A stretch of DNA of 64,000 nt from a virus (IMGVR_UViG_3300028591_000094:96001-160000); one strand, 5' to 3'; positions 31,285 through 41,400 are shown, counted from the stretch's first letter. Notes: a model not told the origin generated them from the letters alone. Made by a program: numbers and translations.

Positions 31285-31671
31285 TTAATCTGCAACACAG
31301 TTATCAACCAGGTTGTTCCAACTCTGCATAACACCCTTTACATAATGGTTGAAATTAGCGTTGTTACATTGGTTTGCCGCCTGTAACAGAGCTGTCTTAA
31401 ATTGTTGTGCCGCTTGTTCCATATTACAGTTCGCCATTGCCTCGGATACGTTTACACGTTCCTCTTGTGATAGTCCGTTACCAGTGTTAGGTGTGTTGGC
31501 AGTATTTTCGCTATTGCTGTTATTACTATTGCTGGTTGGCTGTACATTGCTCGGAGCGACCGCTGTCGAATGAAGCAGTTTCAGGAATCCCTCGTTGAGT
31601 TTCTGTTCCTCTAAAGCCTTCGTAATAATGCGGCGTATATCCTGTTCGGTTAAATGTATAACTTTTTTCAT
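31285..31671 (-). CDS. Putative internal head protein with MKKVxxLTE leader
   Basis: MKKVIHLTEQDIRRIITKALEEQKLNEG; TATTTAT motifs at ~31691-31701. Confidence 0.72.
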   Translation of the reverse strand: MKKVIHLTEQDIRRIITKALEEQKLNEGFLKLLHSTAVAPSNVQPTSNSNNSNSENTANTPNTGNGLSQEERVNVSEAMANCNMEQAAQQFKTALLQAANQCNNANFNHYVKGVMQSWNNLVDNCVAD

Positions 31672-31712
31672 CTCTTTTATTATATAATTTATAAATAAAT
31701 AGAGATAAAAAC

Positions 31713-31747
31713 AAAAAAGACTCTGTATGATAACAGAGCCTTTTTTT
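31713..31747. terminator. Rho-independent terminator after nrdJ
   Basis: aaaaaagactctgt...acagagccttttttt. Confidence 0.72.
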
Positions 31748-31767
31748 CTTTGTATGTGGTTTTACCG

Positions 31768-34191
31768 TTAACTGCAACGCGACCAGCCACAACTAGGGCA
31801 GTGGACACAACCTCCTTCGTTAACCAGTTTACTGCCACATTCTGGACACGCCTCATCGGTTTCGGTTGGCGCGATATATTTGGATAACACTCTGGAAATA
31901 GCTCTATTGAAGGAATTGATTCCGTCGTTGCACTTATCTTCCAGCTTGATGATATCTTCCAAACGCATACCAGTACGCAGGTTGCCGCTGACATGGAGGG
32001 CAACGTTACGGTATTCACGCTTTTCACTCCACTCCTTGATATTGTACACAGCGTTTTTAATGTTCTCAGTGTCGAGTTTGGTGAGCTTTCTACCCTCATT
32101 GACAATTTCGGAAATCTTGTCGATTTCGCCGAAGATGTCATAGTCATCACCCAGAGCGATTGCCACGTTGTCGATAGTGAGGATATCGGATTCAAATTTG
32201 TATTCTCTCTTTTTTACTCTGGTAATCTTGCCTTTGTGGTTCTTCACCTTCTGACAGTTGTCGCACGGGAGTGCAAAGAGTTCATATGGCTTATCGTTCA
32301 ACAAACCAACAATAATGATAAAGTTCTCACCCTGTACCTTGACCTGATAGTAGTCGGCTGGCAGAGTCTTCGGACGTTTCGGGGCGTTGACAGTGTCGAA
32401 CGTACCCTCCACCTCTTTCTTACCGCCACGGTTGAGGATGGCAAGACGCTTGCAGTTCTCACGGAACACCGTTACACCCTTCAACCCCTGTTTCCAGGCT
32501 TGCATATAAATGTCATACACATCGTTGACGGTCGCTTTCTCTGGCAGGTTGATTGTTGAGCTGATTGAAGCGTCGATATTTTTCTGGAGTGCAGCCTGCA
32601 TACCAACACGTTCCATCGGGGTTAACTCAGCCGAAGCTACAAAGTAGTCGGGTAGTTCGTCAAGCTTCTTGTTAATATATTCTTGGTCAAGATTATATAT
32701 GTCAATGTTATCACCGAAATAGTCCAGGACTGCTTGTGGGAATACGTTATATGACTGTTCACCAATCGACTTGGTGTCCCTGGTATAGTAGTAATCAAAC
32801 ATAGGTTCCCCGCCACCAGCGGTCGCGTTCAGCATTGTTGAGATGGTTCCCGTAGGAGCAATCGTTAGCAACTGGCTGTTGAGGGGGTATTTACCTTTGT
32901 ATTTCGGGTCGATAAACGGTTCCACTCTGGTTTTGTAGAACTCGGACTCAAACATTTTGTCATAGACAACACCTGATGTGTTGAGTTCACATGATTCCTC
33001 GAAAGCAGCAATCAGCATTGTATGCGTGATGTCATCGGCAGCCTTCTGTCCTTCAGGAGAACCATACTTGACGCCCATTTTCAATAAAGCACCTGCAAGG
33101 TCAAAGATGCCGAGACCAATTTGTTTATACTGACGGGCAGTCTGGCGCTGGACTTCAAGTGGATGCAGTTCAGTACCCTCCACCTGGATTTCATTCAAGG
33201 CTTTAGTTGCAATCTTTACGTCCTTTTTGAACTCGTCAAAATTAAACTCACCGTTTTCCTTTACATATTGATAAAGGTTCATTGAGCCTAACAAACACGC
33301 ACCACCGTCTGGGAGGGGTTCTTCGGCGCATGGGTTTACACCAGCATAAACAAAATCCTCGTTAGCCGACATAAGGTTGTAGTTGGAAATTCTATCCCAG
33401 TAGAGAATACCTGGCTCACCATAATCCCAGTTGTTTTTCGCCAATTTCATGAAAAGCTCTCTAGCTTTAACCTTGCGGAGATAGACAGGTCCGCTTGTGG
33501 TGTCAACCTTGGTTAAGTTATTATATTCCAGCGCGTCTTTCTCCTGATTACTGATTGTCATTTCACATGGCCAGTGGAGAATGTAGTCCTCGTTATTTTC
33601 CACTGCGGTCATGAAGTCATCGTGCATCCTCACCGAAATGTTGGCATTGGTGATTTGGTCTGTGTTAGCCTTGATATCAATAAACTCTGGAGCATCGGGA
33701 TGTTTGATGTCAATTGAAATCATCAAAGCACCACGGCGACCGTGCTGTCCTATCGTACCAGTCACATTGTCAAAAGTTTTCATGAATGAGACGGCACCAG
33801 TAGTTGTCTTCGCGCTGTTGTGGACGTCAGCACCAGCTGGCCTAAGTTTCGAAATGTCAATACCAACGCCGCCACCATATGAATAGGTGCGAGCCATCTT
33901 AGCTGCACAGTCGTAAATACTCTCGATTGAATCGTCAACCGAAAGTACGTAGCAATTGCTTAGGGTTGATTTAACACCTCGGTCTCTTAATCCCCTGTTG
34001 GAAATTATACGTCCGCCAGGGATGAATTTTTTCTCAAGAAACAGTCTTTTTGCATCTGGGTTGCCACCTGAAACTCGTTCAGCCCACCCGTTCAAGTCCT
34101 CATTCGGCTGAAGGTACTTCCTACTAACAATGTCAATGCCTAACTGATTGTTATTCAGCCATTTCTTTAATTCATTATTTGTGTTGTTCAT
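31768..34191 (-). CDS. nrdJ: Class II (adenosylcobalamin-dependent) ribonucleotide reductase
   Basis: SNCYV, RRGA, NPCAEEPL, CLLGS, TIAPTGTIS, GLKGVTVFR (no class I YY pair), C-terminal Cys ribbon. ATG 34191 preferred over the ORF-track GTG 34248. Confidence 0.92.
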   Translation of the reverse strand: MNNTNNELKKWLNNNQLGIDIVSRKYLQPNEDLNGWAERVSGGNPDAKRLFLEKKFIPGGRIISNRGLRDRGVKSTLSNCYVLSVDDSIESIYDCAAKMARTYSYGGGVGIDISKLRPAGADVHNSAKTTTGAVSFMKTFDNVTGTIGQHGRRGALMISIDIKHPDAPEFIDIKANTDQITNANISVRMHDDFMTAVENNEDYILHWPCEMTISNQEKDALEYNNLTKVDTTSGPVYLRKVKARELFMKLAKNNWDYGEPGILYWDRISNYNLMSANEDFVYAGVNPCAEEPLPDGGACLLGSMNLYQYVKENGEFNFDEFKKDVKIATKALNEIQVEGTELHPLEVQRQTARQYKQIGLGIFDLAGALLKMGVKYGSPEGQKAADDITHTMLIAAFEESCELNTSGVVYDKMFESEFYKTRVEPFIDPKYKGKYPLNSQLLTIAPTGTISTMLNATAGGGEPMFDYYYTRDTKSIGEQSYNVFPQAVLDYFGDNIDIYNLDQEYINKKLDELPDYFVASAELTPMERVGMQAALQKNIDASISSTINLPEKATVNDVYDIYMQAWKQGLKGVTVFRENCKRLAILNRGGKKEVEGTFDTVNAPKRPKTLPADYYQVKVQGENFIIIVGLLNDKPYELFALPCDNCQKVKNHKGKITRVKKREYKFESDILTIDNVAIALGDDYDIFGEIDKISEIVNEGRKLTKLDTENIKNAVYNIKEWSEKREYRNVALHVSGNLRTGMRLEDIIKLEDKCNDGINSFNRAISRVLSKYIAPTETDEACPECGSKLVNEGGCVHCPSCGWSRCS

Positions 34192-34248
34192 AAAAAAATT
34201 GATTAGTGAAATATAGTATATATAGTTGAAAAATCTTATTTTTTTCAC

Positions 34249-35676
34249 CTATTTTCTCTGACTATCTCGTATCTGTTTGGCAGTCGCGGTGTTATAATTT
34301 TGAGTATTATTTAACGCACTGTCGACGTCGTCTGTCATGGTACTGAAATCAAACTTCGTCGTACCGTTGTTGAATGTTACACCTAGGAATTCATTGCGCT
34401 TGATACGCCCAGGACGGAACTTGTTGATAAAGATATTAATTTTATCCTCAAGACGCATCGCCTCCGTTCTGGCGAACGAAATGATGACATGTCCAATCTG
34501 GACTTTCTTTACCGAACCACCAGCTTGACTCATGCCAACAATCTGCTGATTGAACGAGTCTTTGGTTCCCTGGACTGGGCACCATAAAGCAACATTGAAT
34601 TCGTGCGCTATTGCCTCCAGCTTACGCATGGTTATACCTTCCCTGGTATATTCTTTGTCCTCGATGGACGAGCCACGTTCAAGTTTCAAGCATTCAAAGT
34701 AGTCGACAACCACCATGTCAGGTTTAAAGCCTCTGGCTATCAACTGTTTTATTTTAGCCTTAAGGTCACTTGCTGAAAATTCTCCAGACTGAGGGTGGAA
34801 TGCAATCACATTGTCCTGTATCATTTGTTTCCACTCGTTCTGATTTATCATCTGAACAACAATCGGACGAATTTCAGGCTGACTAAGTGTACATGCATCA
34901 AAATCAGTCAGGAATGCATAGTATTTACGTTTGATGTTTACATCCTCATCTTCGAAATGAATATGTAGAACTTTATATCCTTTATAGTTATTTTCCTCAG
35001 TCTTGGTAACCGCTGCATTCGCTGCAAACCCTGTCGTAGCCGAGGTTTTACCGACACTAGATGGCGCTATTATAATACCAAGTTCACCCTTAGCCAAGCC
35101 ACCATAAAGTGCCTCGTCAAGTTTGTCGGCACCCGTAGGAATTGCACAACGATAATCCTCCTTCAGCGCATCCTCCATATTATCGAAGATATGGTAGCCA
35201 AGTTCAGTTTTGTTGTTACACTCTAAGGCTTTTTTGAATATATCCTCAATATCATAATATCTTTCATTATTTCCCTCTTGGATAATGTCTTGAGCCTCTT
35301 TGATTGCCTTAATAAGATTCTGTTGTTTGAAAAACTTTTCAGAGTAACCTTCAATCAAGTCAATACCGCGTGTGGTGATATTGCTGATTTTGTCCAACAT
35401 AGCTAAACACTGTTCCTTTTCAACAGCATTGCTTACTTTGCTGCGAATCAGAGTATCCAAATCCTTGTATGAAGCCACAGTTTCATTGAGGGCGTATCTG
35501 TCTTTCATGAAACCAACTATTCGGCGCAGGTGTGCCACACTGAACATATTTTGGTTTATGATAGGCTCAAGTCCAATGAAAAACTGCTGGTCTTCAATGA
35601 AACACTTGACGAGTTCAATCTGAAAATCTTCTCCTAAATAGCCTAAATCTTCTTTTTTCTCTAATACTTTAGCCAT
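34249..35676 (-). CDS. dnaB: Replicative DnaB/gp41-like helicase
   Basis: GGLAKGELG, Walker A APSSVGKT, HFED, Walker B VVVDY, KFRPG. Confidence 0.88.
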   Translation of the reverse strand: MAKVLEKKEDLGYLGEDFQIELVKCFIEDQQFFIGLEPIINQNMFSVAHLRRIVGFMKDRYALNETVASYKDLDTLIRSKVSNAVEKEQCLAMLDKISNITTRGIDLIEGYSEKFFKQQNLIKAIKEAQDIIQEGNNERYYDIEDIFKKALECNNKTELGYHIFDNMEDALKEDYRCAIPTGADKLDEALYGGLAKGELGIIIAPSSVGKTSATTGFAANAAVTKTEENNYKGYKVLHIHFEDEDVNIKRKYYAFLTDFDACTLSQPEIRPIVVQMINQNEWKQMIQDNVIAFHPQSGEFSASDLKAKIKQLIARGFKPDMVVVDYFECLKLERGSSIEDKEYTREGITMRKLEAIAHEFNVALWCPVQGTKDSFNQQIVGMSQAGGSVKKVQIGHVIISFARTEAMRLEDKINIFINKFRPGRIKRNEFLGVTFNNGTTKFDFSTMTDDVDSALNNTQNYNTATAKQIRDSQRK

Positions 35677-35707
35677 TGTGTTAACTGGTTATGTGTTGGA
35701 AGAATAT

Positions 35708-35741
35708 GGGAACCGCCGACATCGATTAAATAGCGGTTCCC
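35708..35741. terminator. Hairpin (terminator or RNA element) between the hypothetical gene and the helicase
   Basis: gggaaccgc...gcggttccc 9-bp stem; weak U tail. Confidence 0.5.
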
Positions 35742-35759
35742 GTTCAAGTACGTGTGTTG

Positions 35760-36557
35760 TTACGGGCGAACTGGACCGTATTTCTTGTTACAATACTCTC
35801 TCCAAGCGTTCACATAATCGCGGGCGTAAGCTGTATAAGCATACTTTTTGGATGTTTCTGGGTTAATACCCGAAACTGTTGCAAATGTAGCGTCAACTCC
35901 GTATTTGGTTGACTTGGTATACTGTTTTGGTGCCTCATTGTCACTGTTTGAACACACTTCGCAAATGCGTTTGATAATTTCAACCACGAGGTCGTCCTTA
36001 CCCGTGTTCATCAACTGTACCATTGGATACTGAGAACGGGCATTAGTGATATCTACGCTGTTACGGACGTATTTCGGATACTGGGAACCGTCCCATATTT
36101 CCTCATAGACAACGCGGTCGTCGACAATAAACAGAAATTTGAATGTTACGTCCCACGGCTGAACAAACTCAGTCTCATCATAGGGCTTTGGCTCGTATTC
36201 CACGTAGGTGACCTCATTTATAGGACAGCCGTTCTCGTCTTTAGCAAAACCTGTCATCTTGGTTCTGCAGTCCTGAGTACTACGGGTGAAAATACGACTT
36301 TTCGACTCCAAATCCCTCTTGATGAGCTGGACTATACCCTTTCGTTTGCCAAGATAGTCCATCTGCTCCTGCTTAGGACCACGATAGCCGCCAAGGGCTT
36401 CGAACAACTCCTGGGAGGTTAAGCTTTCGCTGTTGAAGCGGGGGATTTTGAAGTATCGCTGACAAATAATGTTGTCATTGACCTGTAATTGGAACTGAAA
36501 TCTTTCGCGATAATTACTATTATCTACTTTTTTTGGTGTTTTTACTGTTTCTTCCAT
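35760..36557 (-). CDS. Hypothetical protein in the replication cluster
   Basis: 265-aa ORF; CGTATATTAAT at 36609-36619. Confidence 0.8.
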   Translation of the reverse strand: MEETVKTPKKVDNSNYRERFQFQLQVNDNIICQRYFKIPRFNSESLTSQELFEALGGYRGPKQEQMDYLGKRKGIVQLIKRDLESKSRIFTRSTQDCRTKMTGFAKDENGCPINEVTYVEYEPKPYDETEFVQPWDVTFKFLFIVDDRVVYEEIWDGSQYPKYVRNSVDITNARSQYPMVQLMNTGKDDLVVEIIKRICEVCSNSDNEAPKQYTKSTKYGVDATFATVSGINPETSKKYAYTAYARDYVNAWREYCNKKYGPVRP

Positions 36558-36609
36558 GTAGAAGTTTTTAAAAGTTAAACATTAAGTTAATTGCTATTCT
36601 TCCTTACTA

Positions 36610-37791
36610 TTAATATACGTTTTTTTTCTCTCTATCTATCAAAAATCTGAATTCAGTGAAAAAATTTCCGAACCTGTTTTCGTCTTTCAGGTCGTCAATA
36701 TTGTATTTCATAAGTATTTGATAAAGATTCGACATTGTACGGTCTTCTGTATCCAGCGGGGCATACATTATCCCATCTAATGTCTTTTTAGCATCTCCTG
36801 GCATTAACGGGTGCCATAAATCAATGATTTTTTGATTGATTTCGTAGATTTTCTCACCCTGGATGCCATCTGTGGTTCTGTTTACTATGTTTTCAGCCCA
36901 TTTTAAAGGCTTTTTCTTGTCTTTTGCCCGTTCCTCGTTAATTTTCCTAGCACCTTCAACGACCTCTTCCAATGTTACCTTGCGCTGTTTGAACTCTGGG
37001 AAGTTCTCAAACAACGTCTTTTCGCCGACACCCTTAATACCTTTAATGTTATCAGAAGCGTCGCCGCATATCATCTTTTTCAAGACAACATTCTGGTAGT
37101 TGTATCCCATCTGTTCGGTATGATTACGACTATTGATAAAGCGTATGCCGCTTTCGTTTGGTTTCTTGATTGCCAGAATAACATCATCCTTACCGTCATT
37201 GACAGTACTTTTGTGTATCAGTTGTGACAGGTCTCGGTCATTGGAAAAAATGACAATATTTTCCTCTGGCTTTTTATGTGAAACATAATATCCAATGAAG
37301 TCGTCAGCCTCAGTGTCCTCACAGAGGCACTGTCTTATGCACAGTTCCTCGAGACATTCGATTAATATTCCGCGCTGCCAATGGAAATTCTCTTTTTCGT
37401 CCTCCGTTTTGGATGACTTGCCGTAAATTTTGTTCTGCATGTAGGCAATACGAGCGTTGACCTCTTTCATATAATCAGAAAGATTGTCATCATTGTAAGT
37501 TTTATCACGATTCGCTTTATAGTCTCTATAGAGGTTGTAACGGAGCTGACCCGAGTTTTCCGAGTCCCAGAATACATAAACATATCTGAAATTTCCTTTT
37601 TGTAGTAAAAGTTTCATCTGGAGCAGGAATGCAAACACAGCTCCAATCTCGCGACCGTCGCTGGAAGTCTTCTTGCTAGTGTGGAATACCATTTCAAGAA
37701 GACTTGACCCATCGACTAGTAACGTGTTGAACGTCTTTACCCCAAGCTGGGGATTCTTTTCCTTTATATTATTTGGTATCGGCTGGCTCAT
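36610..37791 (-). CDS. 5'-3' exonuclease/flap endonuclease (T4 RNase H / PolI 5' domain-like)
   Basis: LLVDG, VFWD, YKANR, EADD, SNDRDL, H3TH GDASDNIKGIKGVGEKT. Confidence 0.92.
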   Translation of the reverse strand: MSQPIPNNIKEKNPQLGVKTFNTLLVDGSSLLEMVFHTSKKTSSDGREIGAVFAFLLQMKLLLQKGNFRYVYVFWDSENSGQLRYNLYRDYKANRDKTYNDDNLSDYMKEVNARIAYMQNKIYGKSSKTEDEKENFHWQRGILIECLEELCIRQCLCEDTEADDFIGYYVSHKKPEENIVIFSNDRDLSQLIHKSTVNDGKDDVILAIKKPNESGIRFINSRNHTEQMGYNYQNVVLKKMICGDASDNIKGIKGVGEKTLFENFPEFKQRKVTLEEVVEGARKINEERAKDKKKPLKWAENIVNRTTDGIQGEKIYEINQKIIDLWHPLMPGDAKKTLDGIMYAPLDTEDRTMSNLYQILMKYNIDDLKDENRFGNFFTEFRFLIDREKKNVY

Positions 37792-38086
37792 CAGTTGCTT
37801 TTTCAGGATTGGGAGTTGATGCGGGCTTGTTGTCGGCTAGATAACAGAAAATATTACCTTTTGGGTTGATAAGGATGTCCTTTTCCATATCCAGGTTGTA
37901 CTTATAAGCCTCAGCCTGGTATTCCTCTTTAGTTTTGAATACAACCATCTTGGGGTTGTCGTTCGGGTTGTTCTTGCCTTCCGTATAGCCTGTTAACATA
38001 CGGAATGTCTTGTGACTGATTTTTTCACATTTGTCTTCCACGAGGTTAAACTCAACCTCATCCTGTTTTACTAGATTTACTTTCAT
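37769..38086 (-). CDS. Hypothetical protein
   Basis: 105-aa ORF filling an operon gap. Confidence 0.7.
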   Translation of the reverse strand: MKVNLVKQDEVEFNLVEDKCEKISHKTFRMLTGYTEGKNNPNDNPKMVVFKTKEEYQAEAYKYNLDMEKDILINPKGNIFCYLADNKPASTPNPEKATDEPADTK

Positions 38087-38133
38087 ATTTTTTTAGATGT
38101 TAATTATTATTTCCTTTTACAGATTGGGGAAGA

Positions 38134-39345
38134 TTAATCATCCTCCTCAACCTCACCGTATTCGATATCGGATTCGTTGACATCGAGTTTACCGCTGGCG
38201 CGATTTTGAAGTTCCTTCAAAATGTTGCCGACATGTTCTTTCTTGTAGTCCTCAAGACTATCAGGCGAAATGAAGCCAGTATCCGTTGCAACCATCGGTC
38301 CTTCGTAACAAACGTTATGCGGGGCGTCAAGATGGTTTTTCAAAATCTTGATTTTGGTTTCAGTGGCATAACTGTAATTAACGCCTTTGGCTGTTGCGGT
38401 AAGACGTTTTACACCGCTAGTCAACTGACCGCCGAGCAGGATTTCCAAACGAGTGGCATACTTAAAAGCGTTACCGCCTTTGGTTCTCATAATTGGAGGC
38501 CCTACGGGTGAAGTTGTATTATCCATCCAAACCTTATTGATATAAATAAACGTGTTGGTGTACTTGCTATCCATCTTCCTAGAGGATGGAATAAGGTTGT
38601 TTACAATCTTATTGAACGACACTGACAGAGCACCAGCTGCCCACATATTATTAGCTGAAAGTGACTTGTACTCCTTGAAGCAACCGATTGAACCGACTGA
38701 ATCCCAGATGAAAACCATATCCTGGTCAATCTCCCCGTCGCGCTGAGCTCTGATAAGTTCCTCCATGCAGTGGGCGATGTCCTCAAGTACAGCCTCTCCG
38801 CGGTTCTTGTTGGTCTCCTTGCCAGTGCTGTAGTCGAATGTACCGTAAAGTTCAGCTAGCTTGGTTGTGTTGAAATAAAGGAAGTTTCCTTCCCAGTTCA
38901 CGATACGGTTCTCTGTGTGTGTTGTCACCTCTCCTGTGTCTGGATTAATATCCTCAACCTCCACATCATCATAGACTGGTGTAGCCTGAAGTCCCATGTG
39001 AACCGCATATTCAAATGAAAACGCATTCTCTGTATCAAAATACACTGGGATTTTTCCCTGACGCTGGGCTGCTACCATTGCATGGTTGATAAGTGTGGTT
39101 TTACCTGTGTTGGAGTGACCAATAATCGACGTTATATAACCAACTGGGATGCCAGGTAGTTTGGTTGCGTCCTGGAACGCCTGGGGCATGTACAGCCAAT
39201 CCATCGGTTTGTCGGCGTTGCTAACCATATCAACGTTTCCTTTTTTGGAACTGTCCTTGACGTAGGTCATGCCCATTTTTTCCTTAAATGCTGCAATTCC
39301 AGTCTTCTGGATACCAGCACCTTTCTTTACTGCTTGTTTTGCCAT
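38134..39345 (-). CDS. recA: RecA/UvsX-like recombinase
   Basis: Walker A GHSNTGKTT, FDTE, Walker B FIWDSVG, KGGNAFKY, KNH. Confidence 0.88.
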   Translation of the reverse strand: MAKQAVKKGAGIQKTGIAAFKEKMGMTYVKDSSKKGNVDMVSNADKPMDWLYMPQAFQDATKLPGIPVGYITSIIGHSNTGKTTLINHAMVAAQRQGKIPVYFDTENAFSFEYAVHMGLQATPVYDDVEVEDINPDTGEVTTHTENRIVNWEGNFLYFNTTKLAELYGTFDYSTGKETNKNRGEAVLEDIAHCMEELIRAQRDGEIDQDMVFIWDSVGSIGCFKEYKSLSANNMWAAGALSVSFNKIVNNLIPSSRKMDSKYTNTFIYINKVWMDNTTSPVGPPIMRTKGGNAFKYATRLEILLGGQLTSGVKRLTATAKGVNYSYATETKIKILKNHLDAPHNVCYEGPMVATDTGFISPDSLEDYKKEHVGNILKELQNRASGKLDVNESDIEYGEVEEDD

Positions 39346-39355
39346 AAATCTTACA

Positions 39356-39679
39356 TTATTGATTGATTATGTTATTTTCATTTTCTGGTTTGGAACCGTT
39401 TTCTATCATTTTGTCAACTGCTTGTGATAGTCTTGTCATGAGTTCATTGGATTTTTCTTCCATTTCATTTATCCTTTCCTCGGTTAGGAATTGCGGGTTG
39501 ATACACTCCACTCTTGTTGTTCTGCTTTCAGGGTCGGGAATAAAATAAAACTCCACACTTTCATCCTTGCCTCTCGTTATACAATCCGCAATTTCCGACA
39601 TATATGCTGGTACATCGCTATCGCAAATGCTTTCTACTCCGATATAAAATACTAATATAAGTTTGTCTTTGAAATTCAT
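39356..39679 (-). CDS. Hypothetical protein
   Basis: 107-aa ORF in operon. Confidence 0.72.
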   Translation of the reverse strand: MNFKDKLILVFYIGVESICDSDVPAYMSEIADCITRGKDESVEFYFIPDPESRTTRVECINPQFLTEERINEMEEKSNELMTRLSQAVDKMIENGSKPENENNIINQ

Positions 39680-39692
39680 GAAACTGTGTTGT

Positions 39693-40298
39693 TTATTCAG
39701 TTATTTCACTCAGTTTTTCCTTGAAACATTTTCGACACATTGGGGTATACATCTGGTTTCCTCCAATCTGTACCTGTTCTCCGTTGGTTACCACCTCCCC
39801 ATATTCATTCACCCTTGCATTGATTATCGCCTTGCGACCACACTGACACGAAACCTTAATCTCCTCAATATTGTCTGCAAGTTCGAACAATCTCTGACTC
39901 CCAGGAAACATATGTCCTGTGAAATCGTTTCTCAATCCGTAACACATAACGTCGATATTAAGCTGGTCGACAATGTCAGCCAACTGTTCCACGTGAGCGG
40001 GTGTTAAGAACTGAGCTTCATCGCACAGAATCCATTTTGGTGATGAGCCTCCCATAGCTTCGGTGTTAATACAATATTCGTTGATGATATCGTATATGTT
40101 GTCGATATTCCCTATTGACAGACAGGGTATCTCGATACCAATACGAGATTTAATTATATCAGCACCGTCACGGGTATCCACTGCGGGTTTGATACACAAA
40201 ATTGATGTACCGTTTTCTAGGAAAGAGTGTGCCTTCATGATAAGATGAGCACTTTTTCCCGCGTTCATTGTGGAAAAAATAAAATAAAGTTTACTCAT
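39693..40298 (-). CDS. tdk: Thymidine kinase (TK1 type)
   Basis: STMNAGKS, KPAVDTR, DEAQFL, CYGLRNDF, CQCG...IGG...CRKC. Confidence 0.95.
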   Translation of the reverse strand: MSKLYFIFSTMNAGKSAHLIMKAHSFLENGTSILCIKPAVDTRDGADIIKSRIGIEIPCLSIGNIDNIYDIINEYCINTEAMGGSSPKWILCDEAQFLTPAHVEQLADIVDQLNIDVMCYGLRNDFTGHMFPGSQRLFELADNIEEIKVSCQCGRKAIINARVNEYGEVVTNGEQVQIGGNQMYTPMCRKCFKEKLSEITE

Positions 40299-40309
40299 TA
40301 GGAATTTTT

Positions 40310-41293
40310 TTAGAACGGTAAATCATCTTCAACTTCTTCTTCCTGGACTGCTGGAGTCTGGACTGGCTGTTCCTGAAGCGCTTGTTTTGCTTTCTCTACA
40401 ATAGCCGCCTCTTCCTTTTTCAATTCCTCAGGGTCTTTCCATACAACAAACTTGTTTTCCTCTTTGCTCCATACTGGCGACTCGCCGTCAGCAACAATCT
40501 TCAGATAGTCATATGATTTGCTGCGGTACATATCCCTCCAGTCTTTCGGGTCGTTTACCCAAGCGTCTATCTGTTCTTGTGTTTCAGCAAGCGGTGTTGG
40601 AACCACATCAGCGTCGAGACTGATAACAGTCTTGGCTGGCGCTCCTGGAGTCGGGTCTGTATCTTGGGTCAAAGTCAAAATGATATCATACCCGTTTTTA
40701 TAATCGAACATGTCAATATTACGCTTCTTGCGCAATGTGTACATATTCAATAGCTGGTCGAAAATTCCGCTACCATCATCGCGTTTGTTGAAACGCCAGA
40801 ACTTGATGCCTTCAGCCTCATGACCGCGTTCAATGACACGGACAATATAGGCGGTCTTGGAATCATATTTGTAAGCCTGTTTACAAACGGCTTTCCGTTC
40901 CGCGCTTTTCTCTGGCAACTCGTTTGCCTCGGTAAAAATCTCAGTCATGCGGTTGCATAGCGGGCAGCCTCGTTCATCATGTTTGTCGAGGTGCGGGTCT
41001 TTGAGGCAAATAAATGATTTGAATTTACCGTTAGATATGGTTTTAGCTCGCTGTTGCTTCTCATTCAACATAATGGAATGAACTTCAACAGGAATTGCTA
41101 CCTTATACCTATCATCAATATCCTTGGTAAGGACTATGCGAACCTGAATTTCGCGTCTGTCTTCCCCCTCGTTCAGTCTTGTGTCTAGATAATTATCGGT
41201 ACTGAACTCTGTTTTTGGGGTTTTAGATGGATTGTTTTTTGGCTTCTGTCTTCCTTCATCGAACAAACCGTTTTCATTTACATCTTCTGTCAT
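40310..41293 (-). CDS. Single-stranded DNA-binding protein (gp32-like)
   Basis: C...H...CPLC zinc site, KFWRF, GYDIIL, acidic tail EEEVEDDLPF; both promoter motifs upstream (41339, 41371). Confidence 0.8.
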   Translation of the reverse strand: MTEDVNENGLFDEGRQKPKNNPSKTPKTEFSTDNYLDTRLNEGEDRREIQVRIVLTKDIDDRYKVAIPVEVHSIMLNEKQQRAKTISNGKFKSFICLKDPHLDKHDERGCPLCNRMTEIFTEANELPEKSAERKAVCKQAYKYDSKTAYIVRVIERGHEAEGIKFWRFNKRDDGSGIFDQLLNMYTLRKKRNIDMFDYKNGYDIILTLTQDTDPTPGAPAKTVISLDADVVPTPLAETQEQIDAWVNDPKDWRDMYRSKSYDYLKIVADGESPVWSKEENKFVVWKDPEELKKEEAAIVEKAKQALQEQPVQTPAVQEEEVEDDLPF

Positions 41294-41400
41294 TTTAACT
41301 ATATATTAATCACTTATTATTTTGCATTCTATACTATTATAAATATGTATATTTTCACTTTTTCGCTATTATTAATATACGAAAATTTATCAAATAACAC

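Noticed and set aside
31689-32195. 168-aa alternative-frame ORF overlapping the nrdJ 3' end
   Set aside because: It has no recognisable motifs and runs through the terminator; the RNR frame carries the conserved Cys ribbon.
34192-34251. Helicase-RNR readthrough fusion or GTG start at 34248
   Set aside because: The intervening sequence is AT-rich intergenic DNA containing a putative promoter motif; ATG 34191 is the better start.
31768-39345. Inteins in RNR, helicase or RecA
   Set aside because: Lengths are ordinary and no C...HN-C/S/T splice junctions or LAGLIDADG blocks are evident.
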